A stretch of DNA of 64,000 nt, taken from the IMG/VR virus record IMGVR_UViG_3300031884_000002, positions 1 to 64,000 of that record; one strand, written 5' to 3'. A model generated the notes under the pieces. It did no database searches and was not told where the DNA came from. It was given only the letters and a program-made list of their open reading frames with translations. Of the stretch, positions 31,665 through 43,626 are shown in pieces. A program made the translations under genes and the position numbers. Position 1 is the first letter of the stretch; each line of letters starts with the position of its first letter.

Positions 31665-34600
31665 AATTTTTTATTTTCTATTCGTTACGTTTAAGAGTAT
31701 ATCAGATTAAATCTATTTGTCAATCACTTCCGTTACAATTGGAAACTTCATATCAATAATATCAAACCCCATTTGTTTAAAATAATCCATAACACCGTTA
31801 GGGTCGGTTTGCCAATCACGTTTAAGTTTTTCAATGCTTTTCTTTGGCATTTGGAGAATAATCGAAGTTTTTGGTGTTTTCATATTTAAAATTATATAGA
31901 TTTTAGGTTAAATGTCAAATTTAAATTGAAGTCCTCTTTCCTGCTGGATTTGTTTAGCCGAATTAAAATCATCACTACCATAGGTAAATGAACTTAATGG
32001 ATGTTCGTAATATTTACAGCCACAATAAGCACATTGTCCTTTTGGTTCTCCCATATCATCACAGATAGCAGGGTCTTCAAGGTATTTTCCACAAGTGGTT
32101 AAAATGATTGGTTCACGCATATAGGTATAGAATATAGATTGTTATTTAAATGTCAATAGAATTTTTGGGAGTTGACAAATAGATTTATATCTATATACTG
32201 CTTTAACTATGAACGACAAAATACCACATATTCCTAAACTTGCAAGTATTATCTACTGGAAGGATACCGCCGAAAAGGAGCGAGTCGAGCGGTGGATTAA
32301 GAAGTTAATGGAACAGGGACATATCGAAGCCCATACTACAAGGGAATACAATTCTTATTGCGGTGAACCAGTATGGTTTATACCGTGATTATTCCATTGA
32401 CATTTATATTTTAATCTATATACTTTATCAACTATGAAAATTTACATTTATCATCGTTTCAAAAATTGGTGTCCTCCCCGAACATTTGGAGTGGAATGTT
32501 ATGGTCCATTTAATTCGGTGAAAGGTGCTACTTTGGCACTGGAATATCAAAAACGTGTAAATGCCAATACGGGAGAATATCTTAGTTCGGTGAAAATCAT
32601 TCGTAGAAAAAATGAACCAGAGTTTAGAACTTTGGAATGGCCGGATGTCTGTAAGTCAGACCGACGGTTTATGGAAGATAAAAAAGATTGGCATTTGATT
32701 TGACATTTAAATAATAATCTATATTCTATAAACATATGAATGATTTAACTGCTAGAGAACATGCCTATGCCATCACAATGGCTGTTAATACACTGGTTTC
32801 CGCCATGGGAATGGTAGCCGAAAACAAACAACGAGAAATTGAAGGTAAATCTATGGCATATACCGAACAACAATTTAATGACTTAATTCTTAAGAATGGA
32901 TGTCACCATAATGGTGTTTTAGGATTAAATTGGAATAATTATTGACTTATAAAAAATAATCTGTATGCTTTAAATATTATGAATCTCAAACAATATACTG
33001 TCGGTGAAGTTACATATGGTTATTCTCTTAAATCCAAGAAATGGGAGTTTAAGATTAAGGATTTTACTTTTCTTTCTCCTTGTCCCGGTGGAAATGAAAT
33101 GGGTGAAAAGTTTGCCAAAATTGTTGCGGCAGGTTACGTTCGCACTAAAGGAAATGGAATTGGTGGTCTGGCACGGTCAAACATTGACAGACTGCTTGCG
33201 GTGAAATAATACTATGAATAAAAAAATTGTTGAAAAAGCACTTGAAGCATGGGATGAATATAATTCATTTGTTAATTTTAAACCTACCAATGAAAACTTT
33301 GATATAATTAAAGCGGCATTTATCAAAGGTTATATTTGGAAATGTGCCCAACTTGAAATCGAAAAATTTCCAATGTGAAATAATTATAGATTGACACTTT
33401 CTCGTAAACCTGTTATTATGTTGCCATTATGAATAATCAATGGCAATTTAAGAATGGGCTGAATACAACGGAGTTTCAAACTTTTCCGTTGGCTTTCAGG
33501 GCAATGTTTAATTTAGTCCGCAAAGGCGTCGAAGATAAGAAGCCGGTGGATACGTCAAAGTTTTCAATTGTTGGACCTAAAAATCCAAGAGGTGAAAACG
33601 TGCGTTATAACTATAATCAGGCAATGGAGTTTGCCGGTTCATTTGGTTTGGTAAACCAAGATGGATATTTGAATGGTAAAGAGTTTAAACGTAAAAACAG
33701 TTGACAAATAAAATATAATCGGTATAGTTATTTGTGTTGGGAGAGTACCTCAGTGGTGATTTGTGAAAATGTTAATCTTAATACCTTGACTTTTGGCGAA
33801 GACTATACTATAATTCAATATCCTTAATAACATATGCATATTCACAAACAAAATATTTTAAATCTAAAAGATGGAGAAGTTTATTTTTTAGATTTAGGCG
33901 AAGAGTCAGGTGCTGAGGTTTGGAAGAAAAATGACCTTTACTTTTTATTTGACATTCCTCAATATGGAGGCACTCCAACGTATTGTGGACATTTCAATGT
34001 ATTAAATATTGACGACGCAATTAAAAATGTGTTATCTTGGACTTAATTATTATGAATAAACAAGAACGACTATTGCGAATTAAAGCATTTGCTGAAAAGC
34101 AAGAAATAGAAACTACCATTCTATTTTCTGAACTTCCATTCTCCAAGCAGGAAATTGAAGAAACGGTTAATGATATGGAGGCATATACCGAACATAAAAG
34201 AAATGAAAAAGAAGCATTGACTTCGGATGAATAATCCGTATAATTAAAATATGAATACTACACGAGCAATCTATATTGGAAACCGATTTAGCCGAAATAA
34301 TTTTACGGGTGATTATAACAAAGATACTTGGCAATTCTTTCCCGATGGAATGCCAAACTTTGATTTTTTCACTGGGCCTAATTTTGTTTATCTTCCTCAT
34401 GATTGTAATGAGTGGGATGATTCTGATGAAGCCGATAAATCAATTGCAGGTTATATTACTTTACCGATATGATGTTTCTATTCCCGTTCGGGAATACTTT
34501 ATACAATTATACTAATATAATTAGTAATGTTACCGCTCGGGTATTTATACTAGTATAAATGGTATATCAGGCCAACTTTTATTTTTAATTTATAGTTAGC

Positions 34601-35713
34601 TACAATGGTAATCCTACCATCATCCATCTGATTAAATTGTTGCTTTTGCTTTGGCTATGATTTCACCAGCTCGCTTCATTGCGGCAATAACGGATTCATC
34701 GCCTTCAACATCACAATTTGACCCTAATCCTATTAAATATAGGGATTCAAGTGCTTCAAGCACTTCATTATATTCAATATGATTTTTCATAGTTTTAACA
34801 GTATATAGATGTTTGTTTATTTGTCAATATCAGATTTCCGATACAGTTAAATACAAATCGATTTTAGGAGAATCAAAATAACCTGTTTTAATAATTGCTT
34901 CAATATCCTCATCATCTAAGACATAACCAGTATCTTTCAATTTTTCACTAAAACAAGCCTTGGCTTCTTTAATACCGGCTTCATCATTTACAAATGAAAT
35001 AATACCGTCGAGGACTCCGTTATAGATTGTGATTACGTTAATGGTTTGAATTCTCATAGTGTTAAAAGTATATAGATTTATTCTTAGTTGTCAACTTGGT
35101 TTTTTATTATCACCTGCAATTTCAATCCATCGAAGAGGATGATTAGTTTTACGAAATGGGGTTACATTAACTGGATGGCATAGATGACTCATAGGTGCAT
35201 TTTCCCAATGAATATCAGGCCAGCATACTATGCCACTTAGAGAATCATTAAAAAAACTTTTACCTACTAAAATACCAATTTTATTGACATCTGGTTTATA
35301 TCCAGATTCTTTCATCCAGTGTTTACTATGTTTAACTAAAGTTCCAATCGGATAATCGGTAAAGTTTACGATTTTCATATTTAAAAGTATATAGATAAAA
35401 ATCTATTTGTCAATAGGAAAATGCCGCTTGACTTTTAGATGATAATCTATATACTTTTGACTATGAATATTATACGCACAATTTTTACAGACCATAAAAG
35501 CGGTGACATTTCATATGGATTTCGAGCCTATGATGATACGGGCTGCACATATTGCACCGGAATGCTTCAAGATGAACTCTTATATAAGGATGAAAACTTT
35601 CTAATTCTTATCATTGAACAATATGCCGATGAAGTATTTGATGATATGTTTAGAGTTTCCGATGAAATTATCATTGATGATACAAACTATAATATTGATA
35701 GGAATATTGAACC

Positions 35714-36358
35714 TTGGAAATTGGTTGCTATTTAGATTATCATCTGTATAATACTCATATGATTAAATTACAGGAACAATTCAAATCGGGTGCCGGTGGA
35801 TTTTCGGGACCAGAAATCCTAACGTATAATCAGGTTATTCGTTCGGATACGGCTGCGGTGTATGAACGGTCTAGAGATGGTAAAGTAAAGGATTTTGAAG
35901 TATTTAAGATTAAGTTTTATCCAAAGGGAATGATACAAAAGTTTCCTAATGGTACTACAACCACAATCGAGGATGATACCGAACGCTATCCATCCAATGG
36001 TGACTTTGGAAAAATTGCTTGGTGTTGTGGAAAAACGGAGGCAATGCGTCGTTTCAATGAAATTAGTAATTCAGCGGTGAAATTGGATGATGAAGATGAT
36101 GAAATTAAAATCATTGAAATTGATGAAACTGTGCCAGTCGTATCAACTGGACGCAGGGGACGTGCTCCTAAACAACGTCACGATTTAGTTATTCCCGATG
36201 GAGAGTTTACCACTAATGATTTAACTGAATTGAATCAGGTTGACCGTAATGATGCTGTATTCTATATTAACCAAGAATTAGGCAAGAAAATCCAATTCAT
36301 TGGAGAAAAACGTATCGGTGAAAATAAACGACCCAGTAAGATTTATAAGAAGATTTAA
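35714..36358 (+). CDS. Hypothetical protein with a putative C-terminal DNA-binding (wHTH-like) domain
   Basis: RRGRAPK...PDGEFTTNDL...RPSKIY; similar to 38011-38553. Confidence 0.6.
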   Translation: MEIGCYLDYHLYNTHMIKLQEQFKSGAGGFSGPEILTYNQVIRSDTAAVYERSRDGKVKDFEVFKIKFYPKGMIQKFPNGTTTTIEDDTERYPSNGDFGKIAWCCGKTEAMRRFNEISNSAVKLDDEDDEIKIIEIDETVPVVSTGRRGRAPKQRHDLVIPDGEFTTNDLTELNQVDRNDAVFYINQELGKKIQFIGEKRIGENKRPSKIYKKI

Positions 36359-36365
36359 TTTTAAT

Positions 36366-36442
36366 GGCTCGATGGTGAAAATGGATTATCATAAGGCACT
36401 TCTAATGCTAAGTTCTGGGTTCAACTCCCAGTCGAGCCACCA
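36366..36442 (+). tRNA. trnR: tRNA-Arg(UCU)
   Basis: GGCTCGA/TCGAGCC acceptor; loop CT TCT AA; CTGGG-TTCAACT-CCCAG; ACCA. Confidence 0.9.
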
Positions 36443-37092
36443 TTTCTATTGACAAACATCTAAAAATCTATATTCTATAAACATATGGGATTACGAATAA
36501 ATCTATTTAAAATGTTAGGACTTCCGCCAACTGTTGGAGAATATTTAGATGGTTCATTTGCAGTTATGGTTGATGAACTTGATATTTGGAATTAGAAATA
36601 AATTGACATTTCCCTTTAAGTAGTTTATATTTATTGTTATATGGCAAAAAAACCCGACGACAAGAATAACGAAAACTTGGATATGTTCAAGGATTTTCTA
36701 AAAAAGAAACAGGGTAATACTGATAAACCCAAAATTGTTCCAACACATCCTATGGATGAATTAGCCAAAGAAGGAGAGAAGCTATTGGCGGATGAAAATG
36801 CTGTAATTGAGCCGCCAGGAATTCAAGAAGCTACCAAGCCAGCACCCAAGATTGATAAGAATCCTTATTCACGAGCCAAATCATATGTTCTATCCAAAAT
36901 GGATGAATGGAATAGAAATAAGTTTCTTAAAATCTGTCGTGATATGGAAAAGGGATTGACGGTTGATAATTTTGCCGACCAACGGCTTCATGATGATACA
37001 TCTTGGAAAATTACTATTCTTGGTAATGATTTAGCCGATGGAATTCCATTGCCTAAAAAGTAAAATAGATTAGAATTAAACTTTACACAACA

Positions 37093-37120
37093 CCGAACTG
37101 ATTTAGTTCGGTTTTTTGTT
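37093..37120 (+). terminator. Intrinsic terminator
   Basis: CCGAACT-GATTT-AGTTCGG followed by TTTTTTGTT. Confidence 0.8.
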
Positions 37121-38010
37121 TTATAGCATTTATACTGGTATAATAAAACATCCATTTATACCAGTATAGTTAGTTTAATTAAGTAAAAAATACATTTGAC
37201 ATATAGATTTAAATCGGTATTCTATTGGCATATGAAAAAACACATTAAATGTATAGTATCAGTTACAAACTCAAACGGTGAACCTGATTTGTTTTTTATT
37301 ATTGTCAATGCAACAGAGGAACAAATTGAAAATGGGGAACATTACGATACTGCAAAAGATGAAGCTTGTGATTATGGATACGAGCCTTATTTGGTGTATG
37401 ATGAAAATGATTCGGCTGGCAAATCTATGCTTTCATTATTTCAATGGGAAACTGCCTCGGTGATTGAATGTAATTGACAAATAAAATACAATCTATATAC
37501 TCTTAAATATGAAAAACAAAATACCATGTTGTAAAATTACCAATCCAGTTTTGAAAAAAACATTGGCAACTCTAACTAAAGAAAATGGCTATCCCATTGA
37601 TGAACGATATTGGGATTATGACAGTAACAGTGCTATTTTTTTCGTGCCAAACGATGAAGTAAATCGGGGTGCTGGATTTGCTTTTACTAACTTGACAAGC
37701 TATAATAATTCAAGCGGTGATACTGCCTTTAAAACGGTTTCTATTGAAGAAATGTTTGATATTATGTCTAAACCTTATGAGGCTCCATTTCAGCCTATTG
37801 AGGTGAAATTGAATGATGAATATACCGCTAAAGTTCAACGGGATGGTTCGGTGAAAGTTGGATGCCAAACTTTTCCTATGCAATCGATTGTTAGTCTTTA
37901 TACCGCAGTCCAATTGGTAGTATCTAAAAATAATATTTGACAAATAGATTTTAATCTGTAAACTTTACATATCGTTAAAAACAAAACAACAAAAAACAAA
38001 AAATTAAATT

Positions 38011-38553
38011 ATGAAAAATAAAAACAACAAAAATAAAAAATCAACCGCAACTGTTAAACCCGCTGGTCCTGGTCGTCCTGCCAAGGCCATTAAATGGCCC
38101 GCTACCAAGCAATTCACTATGGATGACATGGTGAAGGTCAATGAAGGTATTTGTTCCAAGCTGTGTATTATTCAGCATTTGCAACGGGATGCCAAGCTTG
38201 GCAAGAAGTCCATGATTGTCAAGACGGATGAGAAGCGGGATAATTCTAGTGGGCGGGGACGCAAGCTCGAAGTGTATATGAAGCGGGCAAAGGTTGATGG
38301 GGATGTCAGCATTACCAAAGTTAGCCGAACGGTGAAAGTGGTTGATATTGCTCCGGTTACGACTACGGAACAATACGAGGCAATGAAGGCAGAATTGGCT
38401 GCTCCGTCTGCTCCGGTTGCGGTTGCCGATATTCCGGCTGTTGAAACGGTTGCGACTCCTGAAGTTGTGGCTGAAGTGACTCCTGAACCGGCTCCGGTGG
38501 CTGAAGTTGTGGAAACTCCGGTTGTGGCTGAAACTGTTACGGTCACGGCATAA
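38011..38553 (+). CDS. Hypothetical protein: basic wHTH-like N-domain plus Ala/Val/Pro/Glu-rich tail
   Basis: GPGRPAK...PATKQFTMDD...RGRKLEVY. Confidence 0.7.
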   Translation: MKNKNNKNKKSTATVKPAGPGRPAKAIKWPATKQFTMDDMVKVNEGICSKLCIIQHLQRDAKLGKKSMIVKTDEKRDNSSGRGRKLEVYMKRAKVDGDVSITKVSRTVKVVDIAPVTTTEQYEAMKAELAAPSAPVAVADIPAVETVATPEVVAEVTPEPAPVAEVVETPVVAETVTVTA

Positions 38554-38572
38554 TAAAACAAATTAAAACAAT

Positions 38573-38602
38573 AACCCTATTCTTAACGGAATAGGGTTTT
38601 TT
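38573..38602 (+). terminator. Intrinsic terminator
   Basis: AACCCTATTC-TTAACG-GAATAGGGTT followed by a T-run. Confidence 0.8.
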
Positions 38603-38633
38603 ATTTGACATATAGATTTTAATCAATATACTC

Positions 38634-39422
38634 TTGGCAATGAAATTACTATCATTCGATGACAATTCTAAAACAATTAAAAGCAATGTGTACGGTTATG
38701 CAACTGGTATTTTATACCTTGCTCCAGCCGATGAAAGCGGGGTAATGAATGTTTGCCCTAACGCATCCAATGGTTGCAAATCCGCTTGTTTGTTTACGGC
38801 TGGCATGGCTCAAGCATTCCCTGAAATCAATGAATCCCGGAAAAACAAAACTATTCTATTTAAACATAATCGGGAATGGTTCATGAAAAATCTAATCGGT
38901 GATATTAATGATTTTATTATTCAAGCCAATAAATTTAAATTAACTCCTGTTTTAAGATTAAACGGAACATCAGACCTTGCTTGGGAAAGTATTAAGCACG
39001 ATGGAAAGTCTCCAATGGAACATTTCCCTGATATTCAATTCTATGATTATACGAAATCTCCATCTCGAATGATGCGATTTTTGAGCGGTGATTTTAATAA
39101 AAATTATTACTTGACATTCAGCAAAAGCGAACATAATTATGAAGATTGCCGCAAAGTTTTACGCAATGGTGGAAATATTGCGGTGGTGTTTAAAGGTCAA
39201 TTGCCGAAATATTACATGGGCAAATCAGTCATTAGTGGTGATGCCCACGATATTAGATTCATTGATCCTGATAATGTGGTTGTCGGCTTAACTGCAAAAG
39301 GAAAGGCAAAAAAAGATGAAAGCAATTTTGCGGTTAAGTTTAAACAAGTACAGGAATTAGGATTTGTGGCTCCTACTCCGTTGCGATTTACTATGAAGAA
39401 AAATAGATTGACAACGGTTTAA
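38634..39422 (+). CDS. GP88-family (radical-SAM-like) protein
   Basis: CPNASNGCKSAC, RLNGTSDL, FYDYTK, YYLTFS motifs. Confidence 0.75.
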   Translation: MAMKLLSFDDNSKTIKSNVYGYATGILYLAPADESGVMNVCPNASNGCKSACLFTAGMAQAFPEINESRKNKTILFKHNREWFMKNLIGDINDFIIQANKFKLTPVLRLNGTSDLAWESIKHDGKSPMEHFPDIQFYDYTKSPSRMMRFLSGDFNKNYYLTFSKSEHNYEDCRKVLRNGGNIAVVFKGQLPKYYMGKSVISGDAHDIRFIDPDNVVVGLTAKGKAKKDESNFAVKFKQVQELGFVAPTPLRFTMKKNRLTTV

Positions 39423-40233
39423 TCTTTGATATATTAACTACAATGACTAATTATTATATCATCGGCTCAAAATCTACGGAAGACCAACCTAATACATATT
39501 GGAATTCTTTAATTGGCTGGACGGAAGATTTTGATTTGGCTCATTCATTTCACGAAGATATTGTAAACTATCCTTTGCCGGATGGCACAACATCTATTAT
39601 GGTTGAAGATGATGATGAAGAATATGAAACTATTCCGTTGACAAATAACTAATAATCTATATATTAAAACTATGACATTCAAAGCAACCATCGACCAAAA
39701 AGTTACCGTCTGGCAACGTAATGAAATTACCTTTAGTGCCGAAAATGAAACGCAAGCCAGAGAAATATTAAATGGTGGAAGATTACCGGCTGATACGGAT
39801 TTTCTTGATACTGAAACTCTATATGATACGGAACATACAATGACACCGGCTGAAAATAAAGGACAACCAACCTTTGAAATTATTGAATTGAATCCGGCTT
39901 GACAAATAAAAAATAATCGGTATATTAACAATATAACAAAAAACAAAAATATGGAAAAACTTATTTATCAACGTACTCGGGACCGCAAAGGGAATCCAAA
40001 GGGCGTGCTCGTAGCCAAGAAATTGAAAAACGGAACCATTTCAATTTCATATTCTCTCACAAACTTTAAGGCGGGAGATAAGTTCAATCTAAAAGAAGGA
40101 TTGGCTATTGCTACTGCTCGTGCAGTTCATGGTTCTCCCATCGAAGTTCCAAACTCGATTCATAATGATTATTCGGATTTTGTAAATAGATCTAAACGTT
40201 ATTTCTACCCTAATCAAACTGTAAAAATTGTTC

Positions 40234-41136
40234 CTAATTAAACAATATCCAATTATGTGTCATTATGCGTTCGCCTCTGGTTATGCGGCGGACCATATTG
40301 GCATTTAATTTGTATTTATTTATAAAATCAAATTGTATTCCTTCATATATTTCATTCGTAATAATATTTTTAAACTTAAATATTGTTTTTAACTTCAATG
40401 AATTAGATATTTGTGATTTTTTAATAAAATTAATATTTCGACGAGTTTCTCCTTTATATTTCCATTCTTTAACTAATGATTTAAACTTATTTACGTTTAT
40501 ATTATATGATATGGCTAATTGTAAAGCAGATGAATATCCAAGTTTCTCATATAAACTTTGTAATTCTCTTTGTTTATAATTTTCTATGTGAATATAACAT
40601 GGATTAGATTTTCCTCTTACTCTATTCGTATGATTTAATCTAAATTGTTTATCATTCCATAATAATTTCATATTATCTCTACACAATAGTCTCATATTTT
40701 CAGTGTTATACCCACCCGTAACATCAAACTTTAAATTATACACTTTATATTTATTTAATTTAGCAATATCTAAATAATATTGTTCTATTTTATTAAGCGT
40801 CTTTCTGTTCGATTTGGCATATTCCAGTTCTACAAATATAAATGCTTCTTTTCCATATTTATTCCATGCACTCTGTAAATATTTATTTGTGTGTTTATTA
40901 GTTATTAAATGTCGTTTGTGATTATTTCTAATTCTATGCCAAAAGTTTTTAGTACTTCCAACATACCATTTTCCATTGATTTTATTTACTATTAGGTAAA
41001 TCCCGCTTTTCTTTGACATCGTAGTATCTGTCAAGTTTCCGTTTACGTTCGGTAATTTTGTGCCGGTCATAATAGCGTTTATAACGTTCTCTATTTTTTG
41101 CTCTCGTTCGCTCAAGACGTTGTTTAAGTTCTTCAT
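40234..41136 (-). CDS. GIY-YIG homing endonuclease; true start probably at MSKKSGIY
   Basis: SGIYLIVNKINGKWYVGS...HTNKYLQSAWNKYG...LNKIEQYYLD. Confidence 0.9.
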   Translation of the reverse strand: MKNLNNVLSEREQKIENVINAIMTGTKLPNVNGNLTDTTMSKKSGIYLIVNKINGKWYVGSTKNFWHRIRNNHKRHLITNKHTNKYLQSAWNKYGKEAFIFVELEYAKSNRKTLNKIEQYYLDIAKLNKYKVYNLKFDVTGGYNTENMRLLCRDNMKLLWNDKQFRLNHTNRVRGKSNPCYIHIENYKQRELQSLYEKLGYSSALQLAISYNINVNKFKSLVKEWKYKGETRRNINFIKKSQISNSLKLKTIFKFKNIITNEIYEGIQFDFINKYKLNANMVRRITRGERIMTHNWILFN

Positions 41137-41516
41137 AGGTATATTCTTTCTTTTTCATACATATAAATATCATCAATTTTTCCAAACGCATAGAAAATAT
41201 CACTTGACTATTTTCTAAAAATCTGTAATATGTATTCAGTTGTAAGCGAAAAGTTAAGAAATCAATAAATTAGTCCAAAAAATATTTCTTGACTTTTTTC
41301 TAAAGTCTGATAATATTTATGTCTTGTTAAGATTTGAGACAAAAGTGGGGTGACTCCCATAGACAAAACTCAAAAAGTATATCTAGTCCATATACTTTAC
41401 TTCGGGTCTGATATGATAGACTCGACAGAGATTAATAAGGAACGATTAAGCTCTGAATTATAAAAGATAGGTTTTTTGGGCAAGTTTCCTTATATAAAAA
41501 ACTGCCAGTTTAATTT

Positions 41517-41590
41517 TGCAGATTAGTGTAATCCGGCAACACATTTGGCTCATAACCAAAAGTTTCAGTTCAAATCTGAGTCTGCTACCA
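41517..41590 (+). tRNA. tRNA-Met(CAU) with 1:72 mismatch (initiator-like; Ile2 not excluded)
   Basis: TTTGG-CT CAT AA-CCAAA; T1:T72 mismatch; ACCA. Confidence 0.85.
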
Positions 41591-41859
41591 TTTGGTTTCC
41601 TTTGTTAAACCGGCAAAGGATTGTCCGAATCACAGAAAATGTTTCATTGGAGGTTTATCGCCAATGATGAATTGAAGAATAAAACAGATATGAAATGAAC
41701 TTCTTCATTGGATGTGGTTAAAAACTGATTTGTTTATGCCCTAATTGTCGGGACTACATAAACAAATCAAACTTTAATATCCCATAATATAGAAATATGT
41801 TATGGGATCTTTCATTTATAAGGGATATGCCGGTATATAGGGTAGTTATACCAGTATAA

Positions 41860-42372
41860 TTACTTATTGTAATCTTTAATTTGAAGAGTGGCAACAGTAG
41901 GAAATAATGAAGGATTAAAGAACATCATTAGTTTATGGTTGCCGCTGGCTTTATCCGTGGTAAACTTCATCTCCCATTTATCACCTCGTTGATTAACTGG
42001 GTTAGCATCGGCAAGTAACTCATTGGCTTTAGTTTTGATTGCGGCAGTATTATAAATAGACAATAATCCTTGAGGATTGACTATAACATATAATTGGGCC
42101 TTTGAAATCATATCTCTACCCATAATATTGGCTTCCCAATCTTTAACCGCTTCAAATATTATGTCGGCACCACCTTCTCTAAACTTTAATTGAAAAGATA
42201 ATCTACCTCCCGTTTTAGGACAAAAGAATCCATCTATTTTATCAAACTTATCTTGTTGACTGGTAGGAAGGTCTATTTTATAACCATTATGATTTAAGTA
42301 ATCTATAATATATGCTTCTTGTTCTTTTCCTAAAGCAATTCTACTAGTATAATCAGTGACAGTGTTTAACAT
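41860..42372 (-). CDS. Hypothetical protein, possible PD-(D/E)xK nuclease fold
   Basis: E...DKIDG...QLK pattern (weak). Confidence 0.5.
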   Translation of the reverse strand: MLNTVTDYTSRIALGKEQEAYIIDYLNHNGYKIDLPTSQQDKFDKIDGFFCPKTGGRLSFQLKFREGGADIIFEAVKDWEANIMGRDMISKAQLYVIVNPQGLLSIYNTAAIKTKANELLADANPVNQRGDKWEMKFTTDKASGNHKLMMFFNPSLFPTVATLQIKDYNK

Positions 42373-42428
42373 AATATATAAATATTATATCATATAAAGA
42401 ATAATTAGTCAATGAAAATAAAATGAGT

Positions 42429-42502
42429 TGGTCCCCCATGAAGGAATCGAACCTTCATCAAAGCCTTATAAAGACTCCGCTAGACCTTCCAGCTAATGGG
42501 GG
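42429..42502 (-). tRNA. trnI: tRNA-Ile(UAU)
   Basis: GAGTC-TT TAT AA-GGCTT; CCCCCAT/ATGGGGG acceptor; A73; CCA. Confidence 0.85.
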
Positions 42503-43626
42503 AACCGACTAACTACTAAATAACTATATCACACTATTCTAAATTGTCAAAATGTTTTTTAATTGCCGCATGAGTATAAATCAATTTAGCAACTTCAAAG
42601 GTGTTATTACAATTGGCTCCGACAGATTCAAAATGCTTATAATACGGAACATCTACTATTCCAATTAGTTTATCCAATGTATCGGTAATAGGAGTATAAT
42701 TAAACAATGAACCAAAAACATCCAATTCTCGTTGAGTTTCAAAGGTGAATGAAACGGTAACAGGTTTAAACTCAGTTGATTTATCAGTTGTGATTTTCAT
42801 ATTATGGTTAAAGTATATAGATGTTTAGATGAATGTCAAGCAATAGTTTTTTGAGGAATATATTTCTCTTCAATGATTTCATATGCCGCATCAGGATTTT
42901 GATTTCGAGTATATCCAAATACTTCAACGGGACAAGCACGGTTATTACAGAACATAGTCAAACCATAGCCTTCTTTGTTATGATTAAATACATTTCCAAG
43001 GCTGATAGACAATGGAACATTACACATGGGACAAGAATAAGATTTTTCAGTCATAATTTTATAGACCATCTGCCGCTTTAATTTCAGTTTTATCTAAAAA
43101 AAGTTCTTCATCAGTTTGTTTTAACCCACCGCAAGAAGTGCAATATTTACCATTGCCAAATGCAGGTTTATTATTAAGTTGGTGCCAGCAATACGATTGC
43201 CCTAAATCATCGTCATCACTGTATATATATGTTTTAGTCATATATACAATATATAGATTAAATATTATTTGTCAACTTCCAACCGGCAATTTGTTTATGA
43301 GAAATGCCATATAATCCATCTCGCTGAACGTATAACATATCATCAACTTTGTTAATAATATACTCGACATCCATAAAATCTTCATCATATTCTGCCGCAG
43401 ATAAAATGTCAAAATAATGTTCTTTGGTTTCTTCTAAAGACCAGTTACTTTTAATGGCTTTAGCCACAATTACACTGGTTAAATCTGAATGTTGACTCAT
43501 ATAATAATTTAAAATAAACAGCAGTCACATGTTACAGCATGGATTAGTTTTAAGGTTCCCGTACTGTAAATACTCGAACCACATTCACGATCTCGATTTA
43601 CGAGGTATCCCGTTTTACTGTTAAAA

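Larger units (their letters stand above)
20999..32156 (-). promoter_or_regulatory. Leftward array of about 30 promoter-plus-small-ORF units (TTGAC-N~11-AATCT[A/G]-TAnnnT-N8-10-ATG)
   Basis: Recurrent plus-strand motif AGATT...TGTCAA/AGTCAA; -35 boxes at or near 21298, 21893, 22742, 24553, 25337, 25688, 26764, 27692, 29245, 32151. Confidence 0.9.
32172..40241 (+). promoter_or_regulatory. Rightward array of about 17 promoter-plus-ORF units, with a short leftward block at 34.6-35.4 kb
   Basis: TTGAC(A/T)-N16/17-TAnnnT at or near 32172, 32397, 32700, 32942, 33391, 33701, 35428, 36449, 37196, 37474, 37937, 38605, 39407, 39637, 39899. Confidence 0.9.

Noticed and set aside
19411-38561. Overlapping shadow ORFs (19411, 19452, 19526, 20659, 24627, 30178, 30391, 30710, 38041, 38172 and others)
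   Set aside because: They overlap better-supported genes that have promoters; they arise in locally higher-GC sequence.
43545-43570. Cobalamin riboswitch resemblance (CCCGTACTGTAA)
   Set aside because: The other core elements (GGGAA, the CGGTG/CCG stem) are missing.
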